Positions 1 through 9,725 of a stretch of DNA of 64,000 nt are shown in pieces. Numbering within the stretch: position 1 is the stretch's first letter; every line of letters starts with the position of its first letter. Source of the DNA: Candidatus Bathyarchaeota archaeon (GTDB lineage Archaea; Thermoproteota; Bathyarchaeia; 40CM-2-53-6). The stretch covers positions 96,001-160,000 of the forward strand of contig CAVPLU010000004.1 in the NCBI GenBank assembly GCA_963706285.1, read 5' to 3'. The notes beneath the pieces were generated by a model, which did not search any database, was not told where the DNA came from, and saw only the letters and a program-made list of their open reading frames with translations. A program made the position numbers and the translations under genes.

Positions 1-146
1 ATGAGAACCATCTGTGTAAGAAAGTGGAAGGGGGAACCACTCTCAGCGCGTTTCTGGTCTTCATCAAGAATCCAAAGTTCGTTTGCATGCAGTGTGGACG
101 AGCAGCGGCTAAGGCTGAGAACCTCTGCGAACCAACACCAATCTAG
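1..146 (+). CDS. Small Cys/His-rich protein, 5'-partial (not in ORF track)
   Basis: Frame from nt 3 reads ENHLCKKVEGGTTLSAFLVFIKNPKFVCMQCGRAAAKAENLCEPTPI*, TAG at 144-146; HLC...CxxCGR...NLCxP pattern of a small uncharacterised metal-binding family. Confidence 0.7.
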   Translation, partial: ENHLCKKVEGGTTLSAFLVFIKNPKFVCMQCGRAAAKAENLCEPTPI

Positions 147-331
147 AACTAGAACTCTGCCTTCTATTCCCCGCACGCCAACTTTCCGTCAGTCATTTCG
201 ATACAGGAATTGTGAAAGTGGAACTTCCCCGAGCAGACTGCTCGTCGAAAACCACGCCAACAGAATTACGACGATGGAAAGTTTGAGTCTACTCCAAGAT
301 GGCTCGGCGGATATTGATTTCAGGCATTATT

Positions 332-637
332 CTAAGATGCTTGCGATCCAGCAACCATGTCTTCATGGCTCACATTGAGCGGTCCATTACATTTTGGACA
401 GTCATGAGGGATCTTTGCTAGAGCCTTCAACTTCACGTTGTGTTCGGGGCAGTCTCCCTCGAACTCTCTGTTGTTTACGTCGATCGAATGAAGCGTTTCG
501 TCGATGTCACATTGAAACAACTTGTAGAAGGCAAAGTCCTCGTTCATATCCGAAAGTGTCTGACCGTGCTCCTTCGTTCCGATGAGCAGATCCGTATTAT
601 AGTTGCACCTCGAACAGGCTAACTGGATATGTTCCAT
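332..637 (-). CDS. Hypothetical zinc-binding protein (~101 aa)
   Basis: MEHIQLACSRC...CPEH...CPKC; ATG at 637 is more plausible than the long ORF start. Confidence 0.65.
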   Translation of the reverse strand: MEHIQLACSRCNYNTDLLIGTKEHGQTLSDMNEDFAFYKLFQCDIDETLHSIDVNNREFEGDCPEHNVKLKALAKIPHDCPKCNGPLNVSHEDMVAGSQAS

Positions 638-907
638 TTCGCAACCTTCTACAAGACAAACACTCCTGTTGTAGGAATAAGAACCTGTCCGCTTGCGAGA
701 GCGAACAAGAACTATTGGCCCACCTGACAAAGACAGAACAATCCACCGTCGGATCGGTGCATTCACAAAGCCTGACATGAGTAAAACCGCAAGAATCCAA
801 GGCTAGCGTTCTAGTTGGAACTCAAGCTTGGCCTCAAGAAGAGCTTTGAATTGATTATCAGTCATTTTATGCTGGTTGTGCCATGGTGAATTGTTGAGGG
901 GAGAGAA

Positions 908-1316
908 ATGTTCTCAGAGCCTGAGGTTGAGTATCTGAAGACTCAGCGTCTAGCTAGGATTGCGACTGTATCATCTACCGGTCAACCTGATGTGGTGCCG
1001 GTTGCTTTCGAATTTGATGGCAAGTTCTTCTATGTCGGTAGTCACAGCCAAGACATCTTTCACAGAACACGCAAGTACAAGAATGTTAGAGACGGCAATC
1101 GGATGGTGGCATTAACAATTGACGACATGGAATCCATCGACCCATGGAGACCTCGAGCCGTCAAGGTATACGGAAGCGCCGAGATTACCGAACATGACGG
1201 AATATTCGGACCTGGAAAGTACCTGCGGATCACTCCGAAGATTTCCTGGAGCTGGGGCATTCACGGACTCAAAGCGAAAGAAGGCCAATGGATCGTCAAG
1301 ACCTGTCCACGAATAG
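908..1316 (+). CDS. PPOX-class (pyridoxamine 5'-phosphate oxidase-like) F420/FMN-binding oxidoreductase
   Basis: LARIATVSSTGQPDVVPV, VALTIDD..DPWRPR, YLRITPKISWSWG; probable +1 error near 1303 with true end KTVHE*. Confidence 0.8.
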
Positions 1317-1367
1317 ACCTATTCACAAGCAAACGCTTTCGGATCGATTCATGGAGGCGCGAATCAC

Positions 1368-1715
1368 ATGATGGGTGGTGCAGGAGATTCTGGTCGAAAA
1401 GCTCTGATGGGCAGGGCTACGGAGTTAGCTGGTCTGGTCAACTATCAAGAAGGCGCTGTAGTAAGCAAGACAATAATCGAGAAGAAAACTGGTACTGTCA
1501 CTCTGTTTGCTTTTGATGAGGCGCAGGGGTTGAGTGAGCACACTGCTCCGTTTGATGCTCTCGTCTGTATACTTGACGGCGAAGCCATGGTGACAGTTTC
1601 GGGGAAGAGTCAGCGGGTGAAGAAGGGCGAGGCTATTCTGATGCCGGCGAACGAGCCGCACGCCCTGGAAGGCCCTGGAAGATTCAAGATGATGCTGACT
1701 ATGATACGGTCATAG
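1368..1715 (+). CDS. Cupin-domain protein
   Basis: TLFAFDEAQGLSEHTAPFDA, MPANEPHAL. Confidence 0.85.
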   Translation: MMGGAGDSGRKALMGRATELAGLVNYQEGAVVSKTIIEKKTGTVTLFAFDEAQGLSEHTAPFDALVCILDGEAMVTVSGKSQRVKKGEAILMPANEPHALEGPGRFKMMLTMIRS

Positions 1716-1751
1716 TTGCTGACCGTTTTCAGAAGCGGTTAGTGAAAGGGG

Positions 1752-2744
1752 CTACTTCCGTGATGAGAGCTGCTTGAATGCCTCCGTCAGGGCTGGCAAG
1801 ATCTTGTAAAGATCCCCAACGATCCCGTAGTCGGCATACTCGAAGATAGGTGCCTTCGAGTCCGTGTTCACGCACACCACAACACGGGCGTTCTGAATGC
1901 CTGTAATGTGTTGTATCTGGCCCGAGATGCCGCAGGCGACATAGAGTTTCGGTGCAACCTTCTGGCCGGATAATCCTACGTATTGATCGATCGGGAGCCA
2001 CTTTAGGTCCTCAGCGATCGGTCTAGAGCAGCCAACAACCCCGTTGATGGTCTTCGCAAGTTCCTCGACAATCGGTATATCTTCCTTTTTCTTGAGTCCA
2101 CGTCCAAATGAGACGATCGCCTCAGCTTCCGTGACTCTCACTCCTGCGAACTGTTTCGTCTTCCGTCCAAGAACCTTCACAGGAGATTCAGCTAACTTTG
2201 GCTGGACTTGTACGGTCTCTCCGGTTCTATTCGGATCTTTGGCTAGTGGTTGGAAGACTCCTTTCGGGAGAGTGAAGATTTGGGGCCTCGGTCGGATGAT
2301 CAGCGTTTCGGTTATGTTTCCTCCGAGTACGAGACGGTCAACAACCACGCATTTCTTCTCTGAATCAATGTCTAGCTTCGAACATTCTGTGCAACATCCA
2401 GTCTTCAGGCGTTCCGCAAGCCGTGCGGCAAGTTCCAGTCCGTTTCTGGTGGCTCCGATGAGTATGACATCTGGTCGGTAGGTTTGAGTTATCTGAGTCA
2501 GCACGTCTGAATACGGATGAACTTGGTAACTCCCCAGCGACGGATCCTGAACAGTGTACACTTTGTCCGCGCCGAAGGCCACGAAGTCTTTGCTGTTATC
2601 TGAAACGTTGTCGCCTATGGCGACTGCGGCTAGGTGAGTTCCAAGCTTTCCCGCAAGCTCGCGTCCCTTTGAAAGTAGTTCTCGAGTGATTGCAGGGTTC
2701 TCTGAGAACACGCAGACGCCGTCGTGTTTCTGAGTGGTAGTCAT
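1752..2744 (-). CDS. etfA: Electron transfer flavoprotein alpha subunit
   Basis: VGCSRP, VGLSGQKVAPKLYVACGISGQIQH, APIFEYADYGIVGD. Confidence 0.95.
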   Translation of the reverse strand: MTTTQKHDGVCVFSENPAITRELLSKGRELAGKLGTHLAAVAIGDNVSDNSKDFVAFGADKVYTVQDPSLGSYQVHPYSDVLTQITQTYRPDVILIGATRNGLELAARLAERLKTGCCTECSKLDIDSEKKCVVVDRLVLGGNITETLIIRPRPQIFTLPKGVFQPLAKDPNRTGETVQVQPKLAESPVKVLGRKTKQFAGVRVTEAEAIVSFGRGLKKKEDIPIVEELAKTINGVVGCSRPIAEDLKWLPIDQYVGLSGQKVAPKLYVACGISGQIQHITGIQNARVVVCVNTDSKAPIFEYADYGIVGDLYKILPALTEAFKQLSSRK

Positions 2745-3535
2745 GCGACCTTCACCACTCCTTCACTGATCAGGGTGGACGCAAGCTTCTCCGCGGCTTC
2801 CTTAGGTTCACCCTGTATCAGGATCCTCTTCCTTTCGCCCGTAGCGACAGCTGATTTCAACGCTTCAGTTAGCGAGCCGTCCCGACCTAGGTCGCTGGGC
2901 TTCAATCCTATGTCCGCGACTGTCCAGGCGGTCATAGGTTTCTTTGAGGCGGCCATTATGGCCATGAGTGTGGGGAGTCTTGGTTCGTTAATCTCTCGCG
3001 AAACCGTGATGAAGACTGGAAGTTTTGATTCGACCGTCTCGTAGGAGTCCTCAAGGTTTCTTTCCGCGGTGACTTTTCCATCTTGAATGGTGATCTTGGC
3101 TGCGTAGGTTATCTGGGGAAGGTTCAGGATCTCGGCTGTTCGCGGTCCGACTTGGAATGAGTATTGATCCTCAGATGTTTCGCCGCATAGTATGATGTCG
3201 AATTGTCCGATCTTTCGTATTCCTGCTGCAAGAGCGGCTGCTGTCGCATGAGCGTCTGAGTTCTCGAATTCGGGACCAGTTAACATGTAGCCTTCGTCTG
3301 CTCCCATGGCTATGGCCTCGCGAAGTGCCTCCTTCGCTTGAGCTGGTCCCATTGTGAGTACGGTGATCTTGCCACCGAGTTTCTCTTTCAGTCTGACTGC
3401 TTCCTCAATTGCGTTTTTGTCGGATTCGCTGATGACGCGGGCGACACCTTCTGTCACGAGTTTCTTGTTGGTTCGGTCGATTCGCAGGTCTTGTGTGTAG
3501 AAGACCTGTTTGGCAAGCACAATTATGTTCGGCAT
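2741..3535 (-). CDS. etfB: Electron transfer flavoprotein beta subunit
   Basis: KQV, DKNAIEEAVRLKE, AMGAD, NEPRLP. Confidence 0.95.
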   Translation of the reverse strand: MPNIIVLAKQVFYTQDLRIDRTNKKLVTEGVARVISESDKNAIEEAVRLKEKLGGKITVLTMGPAQAKEALREAIAMGADEGYMLTGPEFENSDAHATAAALAAGIRKIGQFDIILCGETSEDQYSFQVGPRTAEILNLPQITYAAKITIQDGKVTAERNLEDSYETVESKLPVFITVSREINEPRLPTLMAIMAASKKPMTAWTVADIGLKPSDLGRDGSLTEALKSAVATGERKRILIQGEPKEAAEKLASTLISEGVVKVA

Positions 3536-3592
3536 GATGATCCTCCTACAGCGCGTTTCGCAAGTATGGCTGGCTAGGGTTTATGATATTGA

Positions 3593-5507
3593 CTATTCGA
3601 GCGCGTCTGCGACTAGCTCGGCGATGTCTCGGATAGGCATCTTCTCGGATGTGCCAAGTACTTTCGAGGCGTCTTCGAACATTGAGATGCAGTATGGGCA
3701 GGCTGCTGCTAGGATCTCAGGGCCGAGTTTTTCGGCTTCCTCGATTCTTATCACGCTACACTTCTTCTCGGCTTCTACGGTGTACCAGGTGTTTCCTCCG
3801 CCTCCGCCGCAGCAGAAGCTCTTAACTCGTGATCGTGGAAGCTCGACAAGTTTCCCGTTCGAGAGTGTTCGGATGATGGCTCGTGGGGATTCGTACTCGT
3901 CATTGTATCTGCCTAAGTAGCATGGGTCATGGTATGTGATGGTCCGGTCGGTTTCTTTCTTGAGTTTGAGTTTTCCGTCGCGCAGCAGTTGCGCTATCAG
4001 CTGTGTGTGGTGTATGACTTGGAACTTTGCGCCGAATCTCGGGTACTCGTTCTTGAAAGTGTTGTAGCAGTGGGGGCACTGGGTCACGATCTTCTTGACA
4101 CCGCGCTTATTCATCAGTTCGATCAGTTCCATTGCTGATTGCTGGAATCTTCCTTCTTCACCGATTCGGCGTGCAACTTCGCAGTTGCATTTTTCTTCGT
4201 TTCCTAGTATTCCGAAACTGATCTGTGCCGTCTTCATGATCTTGACTAGTGCTCGAGAGACCATTTGGTTTCGCGTGTCGTAGGAGCCAGCGCAACCAAC
4301 CCAGTACAGGAACTCTTGGTTAGGTTCATCGCCGTACAGTTTTACGTCGAGTCCTTCTGCCCATTTTGCTCTGTCTGAACTGCCGAGCCCGTATGTGTTG
4401 CCAACCGTTGTCAGAAAGGTGAGGAGATCTCGCTTCTTCTTGTCGACTTTGCCTTCTGCCATCAGGTGTCGGCGCATGTCACAAATTGCGTTGACATGGT
4501 GAATCAGGACCGGGCATTCCTGAACGCAGGCGCGGCAGGTGGTACATGCCCAGAGTTCCTCTGGATCTACAGTTTGTCCGTGAAGTTGCTTCGCTGCACT
4601 TGGCGATTGAAGTTCAAGGTTCTTGAGTTTCAGTATGACATGCATCGGTGACAGTTTGGTTCCACCTGCTTTTGCGGGGCATGCGTCTGAGCAGCGTTGG
4701 CAGAGTGTACATGCGTCAAAGCTGAGTTTCTGTTGACAGGTGAAGTCATTGATCTCTGATGCGCCGACTTTGACGTCGAAGTTGCCTGACTCCATCATTT
4801 GTTTGAGGTCGAATGGCGTTGTCATCTCGCCCTTCACTGCATTTGGCGTCCAGTAGACGTTCAGTGGCGAGGTAATCAGGTGAATCAGGCGAGAGTTCGG
4901 TATGTATGCGATCAGTGAGAAGACTAATGCTGAGTGAATCAGAAAGAGGCTCGGGTAAAGGTCCACGAGCACTTTAGGTCCCAACTGCGTGAAGAGCGGC
5001 GAGAGTACTTCTCCAACTGGGGAGTCCCAAGCCCAAGTGTTGACTCCCATCATCAGAAATCCGGAGAGTGGCCATCGCAATTATGACGCCGAAGACAAAG
5101 GAGTCTTCCCAGGCGGTCTCAAGCGGAGGCCCGATAGCTCTAAGACGTTTGTATTCGAGAAGAATCAATCCCAAAACGAATAACAGAGCCAGGTAACCTA
5201 CGATCTCTTCCAAGATCGGAAAGAACATTCCTAGGAGAAGCAGGAAACCGATTATCGAGATGAGCGCGTGCATTGTTCCGTTGTATCTTTTGTTAAGAAC
5301 CTTAGCCTGCGCTATTCCGAAGTATAGGAGTCTCTTCAACCGTGAGAGTGCCGTTCCGGAGATCTGATCTGCTTTTCCTTGCTTCCACGCACGCACGTGT
5401 CTTCTGATCCCGATAATGAAGAGGAAAGCGCTGATGGCGCCGAATATCCACCAAGCGATCACGAAAAAGATGGGAAGATACTGGAAGACGTCTCTGATGA
5501 TCTCCAT
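3593..5507 (-). CDS. HdrF/FadF-like (EMO-like) membrane Fe-S oxidoreductase: NarI-type membrane domain + 2x[4Fe-4S] + CCG domains (frameshift ~5072)
   Basis: ORFs 4974-5507 and 3593-5080 join; TM helices with His; CTLCQRCSDACP, CTTCRACVQECP, YHDPCYLGRYN, FCCGGGGG, ACPYC. Confidence 0.85.
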
Positions 5508-5509
5508 TC

Positions 5510-6874
5510 TTAGGCCTCCTGTTTGCTGGTCTTTCTTGCGTGGCCGCGAAGTATCGCATAGAACGGAATCGCGACTACTAGTGGTGCTACAATAACGATT
5601 GATCCTAGGACCAGGTTCATTGTTTCAATTGGAATGGAGAGGCTTGCTGAGAGGATCTCGTTCAATGCGTAGAGTGTCAGTGTAGAGAGAAGTCCGAGAG
5701 ACCACACTCCGATAGCCGTCTTGATTGGTCTTCTAAGTGCACGAACTTCGTTTCCACGGTCGATCACGGGCATTAGAAGAAGCACGAGGAACATCGCGGC
5801 TGCGATCAGAATGCCAACAACCTTTGCGCTCAGCAGGTCAACGCCGAAGACTGTGGCGGGCGGGACAAAATGAAGGAGATCGTAGGCCCAACCGACCCAT
5901 TTGAGAAGTCCATACGCCCAGAGGAAATACCATTCAGGAGCTATGAACTGTGGCGTAAGGAATCTGTTTGCAGGATCACCCGGCGCTTGGACGGCATACG
6001 CCCCTAAGAGCAACACAATACCGAGCGTGACAAGTGAGAGGATCAGGACAGGAGTAATTTGGTGTGGGATGAAGGGGGCGAAGAGCGGTCCTTCCTGCTT
6101 CCCAGCTTCGGTTTGACCTGTCGGAGGTTTCCATGCTTCCTCAGGCTCCGAGACCCCCTGAAGCAGCACTAGGACAATGTGTGCGCCCACTAAGACGATC
6201 GCGACAACGGGAAGGAGGCTGACGTGATAGAAGTACATCCTCGTCAACGTAATGGCGGAAAGACCGGTTCCGCCCAGAAGCACCCGCGCAATCAAGTCAC
6301 CCAGAAAAGGAATCGACCTCATAATCTGCACGCTAATCGTCGCAGCCCAATAGCCGAGCTGATCCCAAGGAAGAAGGTACCCTGAAAACGAGTAAGCAAG
6401 TGCCAGCCCTAGCGAAAGGACGCCTAACATCCATGATATTTCACGTCCGATTCTGTAGGGATTGCGGAAGAACGCCCAGAACGCGTGAATCACAAGCGCG
6501 GCAACGAGCAGGTTCGCGCCCCATTGATGTGTTCCTCTAATTAGCGCTCCGAGTGGAACGTACCTCATTATGTTCTGAACGCTCTGGTACGCTTGAGTTG
6601 GGGTTCCTGGATCGCCCACGGCGGAGGGCACATAGTTGAAAGCAAGAAGTAGACCGGTGACACCCTGCAGAATGGCAAGAAAAGCCACTATCGAACCCGC
6701 ATAGTAGAACGGGTAACCAAACCAGAAGATCTTGGATCTATTCTGTCGTGTCAGAGAACTCGGCAGAGCGAAGTTGACACTTCTCTGAGCCTCCGCAATC
6801 AAAGGAGAGATGTTGAAACGTCTATCAAACCACTCGTAAATCCTCTTCCTCCGCGATGACATAGCCAAACTCAT
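5510..6874 (-). CDS. Cytochrome b of a Rieske/cytochrome b complex (unsplit b + subunit IV)
   Basis: Heme His pairs in RGTHQWGAN..VIH and YFYHV..GAH; GYLLPWDQ; PEWY motif. Confidence 0.9.
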   Translation of the reverse strand: MSLAMSSRRKRIYEWFDRRFNISPLIAEAQRSVNFALPSSLTRQNRSKIFWFGYPFYYAGSIVAFLAILQGVTGLLLAFNYVPSAVGDPGTPTQAYQSVQNIMRYVPLGALIRGTHQWGANLLVAALVIHAFWAFFRNPYRIGREISWMLGVLSLGLALAYSFSGYLLPWDQLGYWAATISVQIMRSIPFLGDLIARVLLGGTGLSAITLTRMYFYHVSLLPVVAIVLVGAHIVLVLLQGVSEPEEAWKPPTGQTEAGKQEGPLFAPFIPHQITPVLILSLVTLGIVLLLGAYAVQAPGDPANRFLTPQFIAPEWYFLWAYGLLKWVGWAYDLLHFVPPATVFGVDLLSAKVVGILIAAAMFLVLLLMPVIDRGNEVRALRRPIKTAIGVWSLGLLSTLTLYALNEILSASLSIPIETMNLVLGSIVIVAPLVVAIPFYAILRGHARKTSKQEA

Positions 6875-7509
6875 CCACAGTAGTCGTAGATTCCGAGATC
6901 CGTGACAACCCCGAGGACTTTGCCGTCTTTGATTTCGATCGGTATCATCGGCGCAGCTCTCGGCGGCGGACCTGCAATCACCTTTGCTCCGGAATATTCA
7001 ATGCCATTGAGCATGATGTCCTTGACGATGTTGTACGGATCGAAGGCGCCATCATGGCATCTACAGAACAACACATCCTCCTTTGGTCGATCCAGATGCC
7101 ATGTGAATATGCAACACAGGTGAGTGCAGGCAGCTGCGAATGCAATCAATCCGTTAGTGGCCGTTGCACCTTGAAGTCTATTTTCGTCAACGCGTATGAC
7201 GACGGCTGGAATCATTCCACGCCAAAGAACACTGGCACCTTTTCCAACTTGATCGAAATCCTCCAGCTTGACTTCAGTTCCTGCCTTGCTTGAGTACCAT
7301 GTGTCCTTTTCCGGTCCGTACCTGAAGATGTTGTCAACTTCTCCCAGTGGTCCGCCAGCTCCGGCGCGCGGGAGAAGCGATGTAAGAAGCGACAGGAATG
7401 AGACGACGGTTCCTGCAATTCCCAGCGAGATTATGGTCTGGACGAACTCGCGTCTGTTGATTCGAAGTCTGATCTTCTTCTCCGATCCGTCGGCTGGTTT
7501 CTCAGTCAT
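6871..7509 (-). CDS. Rieske [2Fe-2S] protein with Tat signal/anchor
   Basis: NRREF Tat motif; CTHLCC and CRCH; GPPPRA. Confidence 0.9.
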   Translation of the reverse strand: MTEKPADGSEKKIRLRINRREFVQTIISLGIAGTVVSFLSLLTSLLPRAGAGGPLGEVDNIFRYGPEKDTWYSSKAGTEVKLEDFDQVGKGASVLWRGMIPAVVIRVDENRLQGATATNGLIAFAAACTHLCCIFTWHLDRPKEDVLFCRCHDGAFDPYNIVKDIMLNGIEYSGAKVIAGPPPRAAPMIPIEIKDGKVLGVVTDLGIYDYCG

Positions 7510-7990
7510 GCTCCTTGTCTCCGCTGACTTCTTTCTTCGACAAGTTCGATAAGTTCGCGGCAACGAGTTCTAGTCGCGGTTTTCTCGTGAAAGCTTCGCT
7601 CATGAACGTGCTCCTGTATGCCGCCAAAATTATTGCCGCAAGGAATGCTGCCACTGCGAGCATAGTCCCGAGTGCAATTGATCCCATCCCTTGAAGCGCA
7701 CTCAAGACTATCAAGGCGTCCAATAGGAGCTCCAGGATCACCATCGTTACGATTCCAATGTATGCGGCATCCGATGACGAGAGAGGATTTCCAAGCCTAA
7801 CAATGTCTTTTGGTCCAAGTGGGCTCAATTGTGGCATTGTTTTGTTTCTATCCGATCTGAGAACGTAGTACATGATGCCCATCAAGAGGAAGACAAAGAG
7901 GAAGGCGACGAGTCCAGCCTCGAATGAAGGTATCTCCGTGATCAAAGCTCGCTGGCTGAAAGTTCCGAGAACTCCGCTAACAAGCTCCAT
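7502..7990 (-). CDS. Hypothetical membrane protein (3 TM), first gene of the Rieske/cytb/ETF operon
   Basis: Three hydrophobic segments; stop overlaps the Rieske start. Confidence 0.7.
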   Translation of the reverse strand: MELVSGVLGTFSQRALITEIPSFEAGLVAFLFVFLLMGIMYYVLRSDRNKTMPQLSPLGPKDIVRLGNPLSSSDAAYIGIVTMVILELLLDALIVLSALQGMGSIALGTMLAVAAFLAAIILAAYRSTFMSEAFTRKPRLELVAANLSNLSKKEVSGDKEHD

Positions 7991-8225
7991 CGGAGGATCG
8001 ATCGGTGAGTAGCCTTTATCACTCTATATTAGTCCTCCTTCCAAATTGTGTACTGCTCATTGTTCCTGAAGATCCTCGGCACCCTTTGACCATACTTCTC
8101 ATAGTGAATCCAGTTCTTTCAACACGATTGAGAGAAGATCTCGAATCGGCGCGTCCCAATATGGCAATCAACTAGGCATGAAGCGGCAAGTACGCGAGAC
8201 GCCATCTGCAATGTAGTGCATTGAG

Positions 8226-8336
8226 ATGGCCTCGCCTCTAATCAGATGCGGCTACTGTGGACAGTGGATTCCGAGATTCACTCCATTCTGCCCTTGCTGC
8301 CAGAAGAAGTTCCTCTTCAAGGGATTGGGGCTCTAG
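8226..8336 (+). CDS. Candidate 36-aa zinc-ribbon microprotein
   Basis: MASPLIRCGYCGQWIPRFTPFCPCCQKKFLFKGLGL*. Confidence 0.5.
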   Translation: MASPLIRCGYCGQWIPRFTPFCPCCQKKFLFKGLGL

Positions 8337-8491
8337 GCTCACCCACCAACTGCCCACTCCCGTTCTGATCTCACGCCTATTAGTGGTCTTGCTGGACCAA
8401 CCAGCCAGTCCACACAAAGCCCAATACCGACGAAAGTGTCCTTGCCTGAAAGTCTAGGACACTGACGCAACCTAACAATACAGAATCGTGA

Positions 8492-8728
8492 GTGGAGCAG
8501 AGAATGCTAGGCGCGTTAGAGATCATCGTGATCCTAATCGTCGTGGGAGGACTTCTGCTGCTTCAAATCAAGACACGAACGGGCCCCTTAATTCCCTACA
8601 TGGCTGTCGTGGTTCTGCTTCTGTTACTTATGGCCGCCATGGAAATGATTCGTTCTCTCACTGGCGTTGTGTTAGTGCTTGCATTACTCTGCGGGCTTCT
8701 CTTGTACAGAGTCGTGCGGACAAGATAG
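8492..8728 (+). CDS. Small hypothetical membrane protein
   Basis: Three short hydrophobic helices, 78 aa. Confidence 0.55.
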   Translation: MEQRMLGALEIIVILIVVGGLLLLQIKTRTGPLIPYMAVVVLLLLLMAAMEMIRSLTGVVLVLALLCGLLLYRVVRTR

Positions 8729-8777
8729 CCTCTTACCCGACGAGTCGCGAGCTCTGCGATCGAGGAGTAGTTGGAAT

Positions 8778-9668
8778 TCAGAGGTAGGCTCCGATCAGGA
8801 ATCCTGCGGCCAACAGTGCGATTGTAGAAAGAATGACTATCACGTTCAGTCCTAGTGCTGGCACAAGTTCGGGAATTCGATCATAGTTCTTGAGCACGGT
8901 AGTTATTGCCTTGTATGCGATTGGCGTGGCGATTAAGGAGACTAGTACAGTGAACGGTGATGCGCCCAAGACGACTGCCAAGAGAATTGAGAGATACGTT
9001 GCGACAACAAACGTGACGTAGATCAAGGCCGATATTCTTCTCCCAACTAGTATCACTATATGTCTTCTTCCAGCTGCTTTGTCAGCTTCAGCGTCGGGGA
9101 ACTCGTTCAAGAACAAGAGCAACCCAACAAGGATACTGACCGGTACAAAGACCGCGATCCCTGTCGCGTCCACGACTCTCGATTGAACAACGTATGCTCC
9201 CAAAGCCATGAATCCGAATCCGGTTCCAGCCACAATTTCGCTGAGCGCGTGCACTCTCGAAAGCACAGGCGTGTAGAAGAATATCGCAACTAGTCCGTAG
9301 AGGAGAATGGGTAACAAGGTATAGATTCCGCGAAATAGAAAGTAGGCGCCTACTACGGAGGCACCAGCGAGACACAGGATGCCAACGGTAAAGGCAGCGG
9401 ATGGTTTCATCGTGCCCTTTACGAGGATGTCAACGCCTCCGCTGAAAGGCGTCTTGATCGTTTGGGCGTCGATCTTGGATCTGTAGTCGAAATAGTTGTT
9501 GAACACGTTTGCAGCCATGTGAGTCAGCAAAGCTCCAATGAACACGATAAGAGCGTCGAACGGGTTGAAGACTCCATGCGCGTAGAATGCTGCTGAAATT
9601 CCCGCCGCGACAATCACGACTGTCAACAAGAGGAAGTTCGCCCTAGTTATCAACACTAGATTGTTCAA
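8778..9668 (-). CDS. UbiA/MenA-family prenyltransferase
   Basis: RANFL, NNYFDY...D, FSGG, NEFPDAEADKAAGRR; multi-TM. Confidence 0.85.
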   Translation of the reverse strand: MNNLVLITRANFLLLTVVIVAAGISAAFYAHGVFNPFDALIVFIGALLTHMAANVFNNYFDYRSKIDAQTIKTPFSGGVDILVKGTMKPSAAFTVGILCLAGASVVGAYFLFRGIYTLLPILLYGLVAIFFYTPVLSRVHALSEIVAGTGFGFMALGAYVVQSRVVDATGIAVFVPVSILVGLLLFLNEFPDAEADKAAGRRHIVILVGRRISALIYVTFVVATYLSILLAVVLGASPFTVLVSLIATPIAYKAITTVLKNYDRIPELVPALGLNVIVILSTIALLAAGFLIGAYL

Positions 9669-9725
9669 GACCTTCGCCCCTTAAACAGGAATTATTCGTA
9701 CAGTGCAGTCTGGTCAGAGCGGGAT

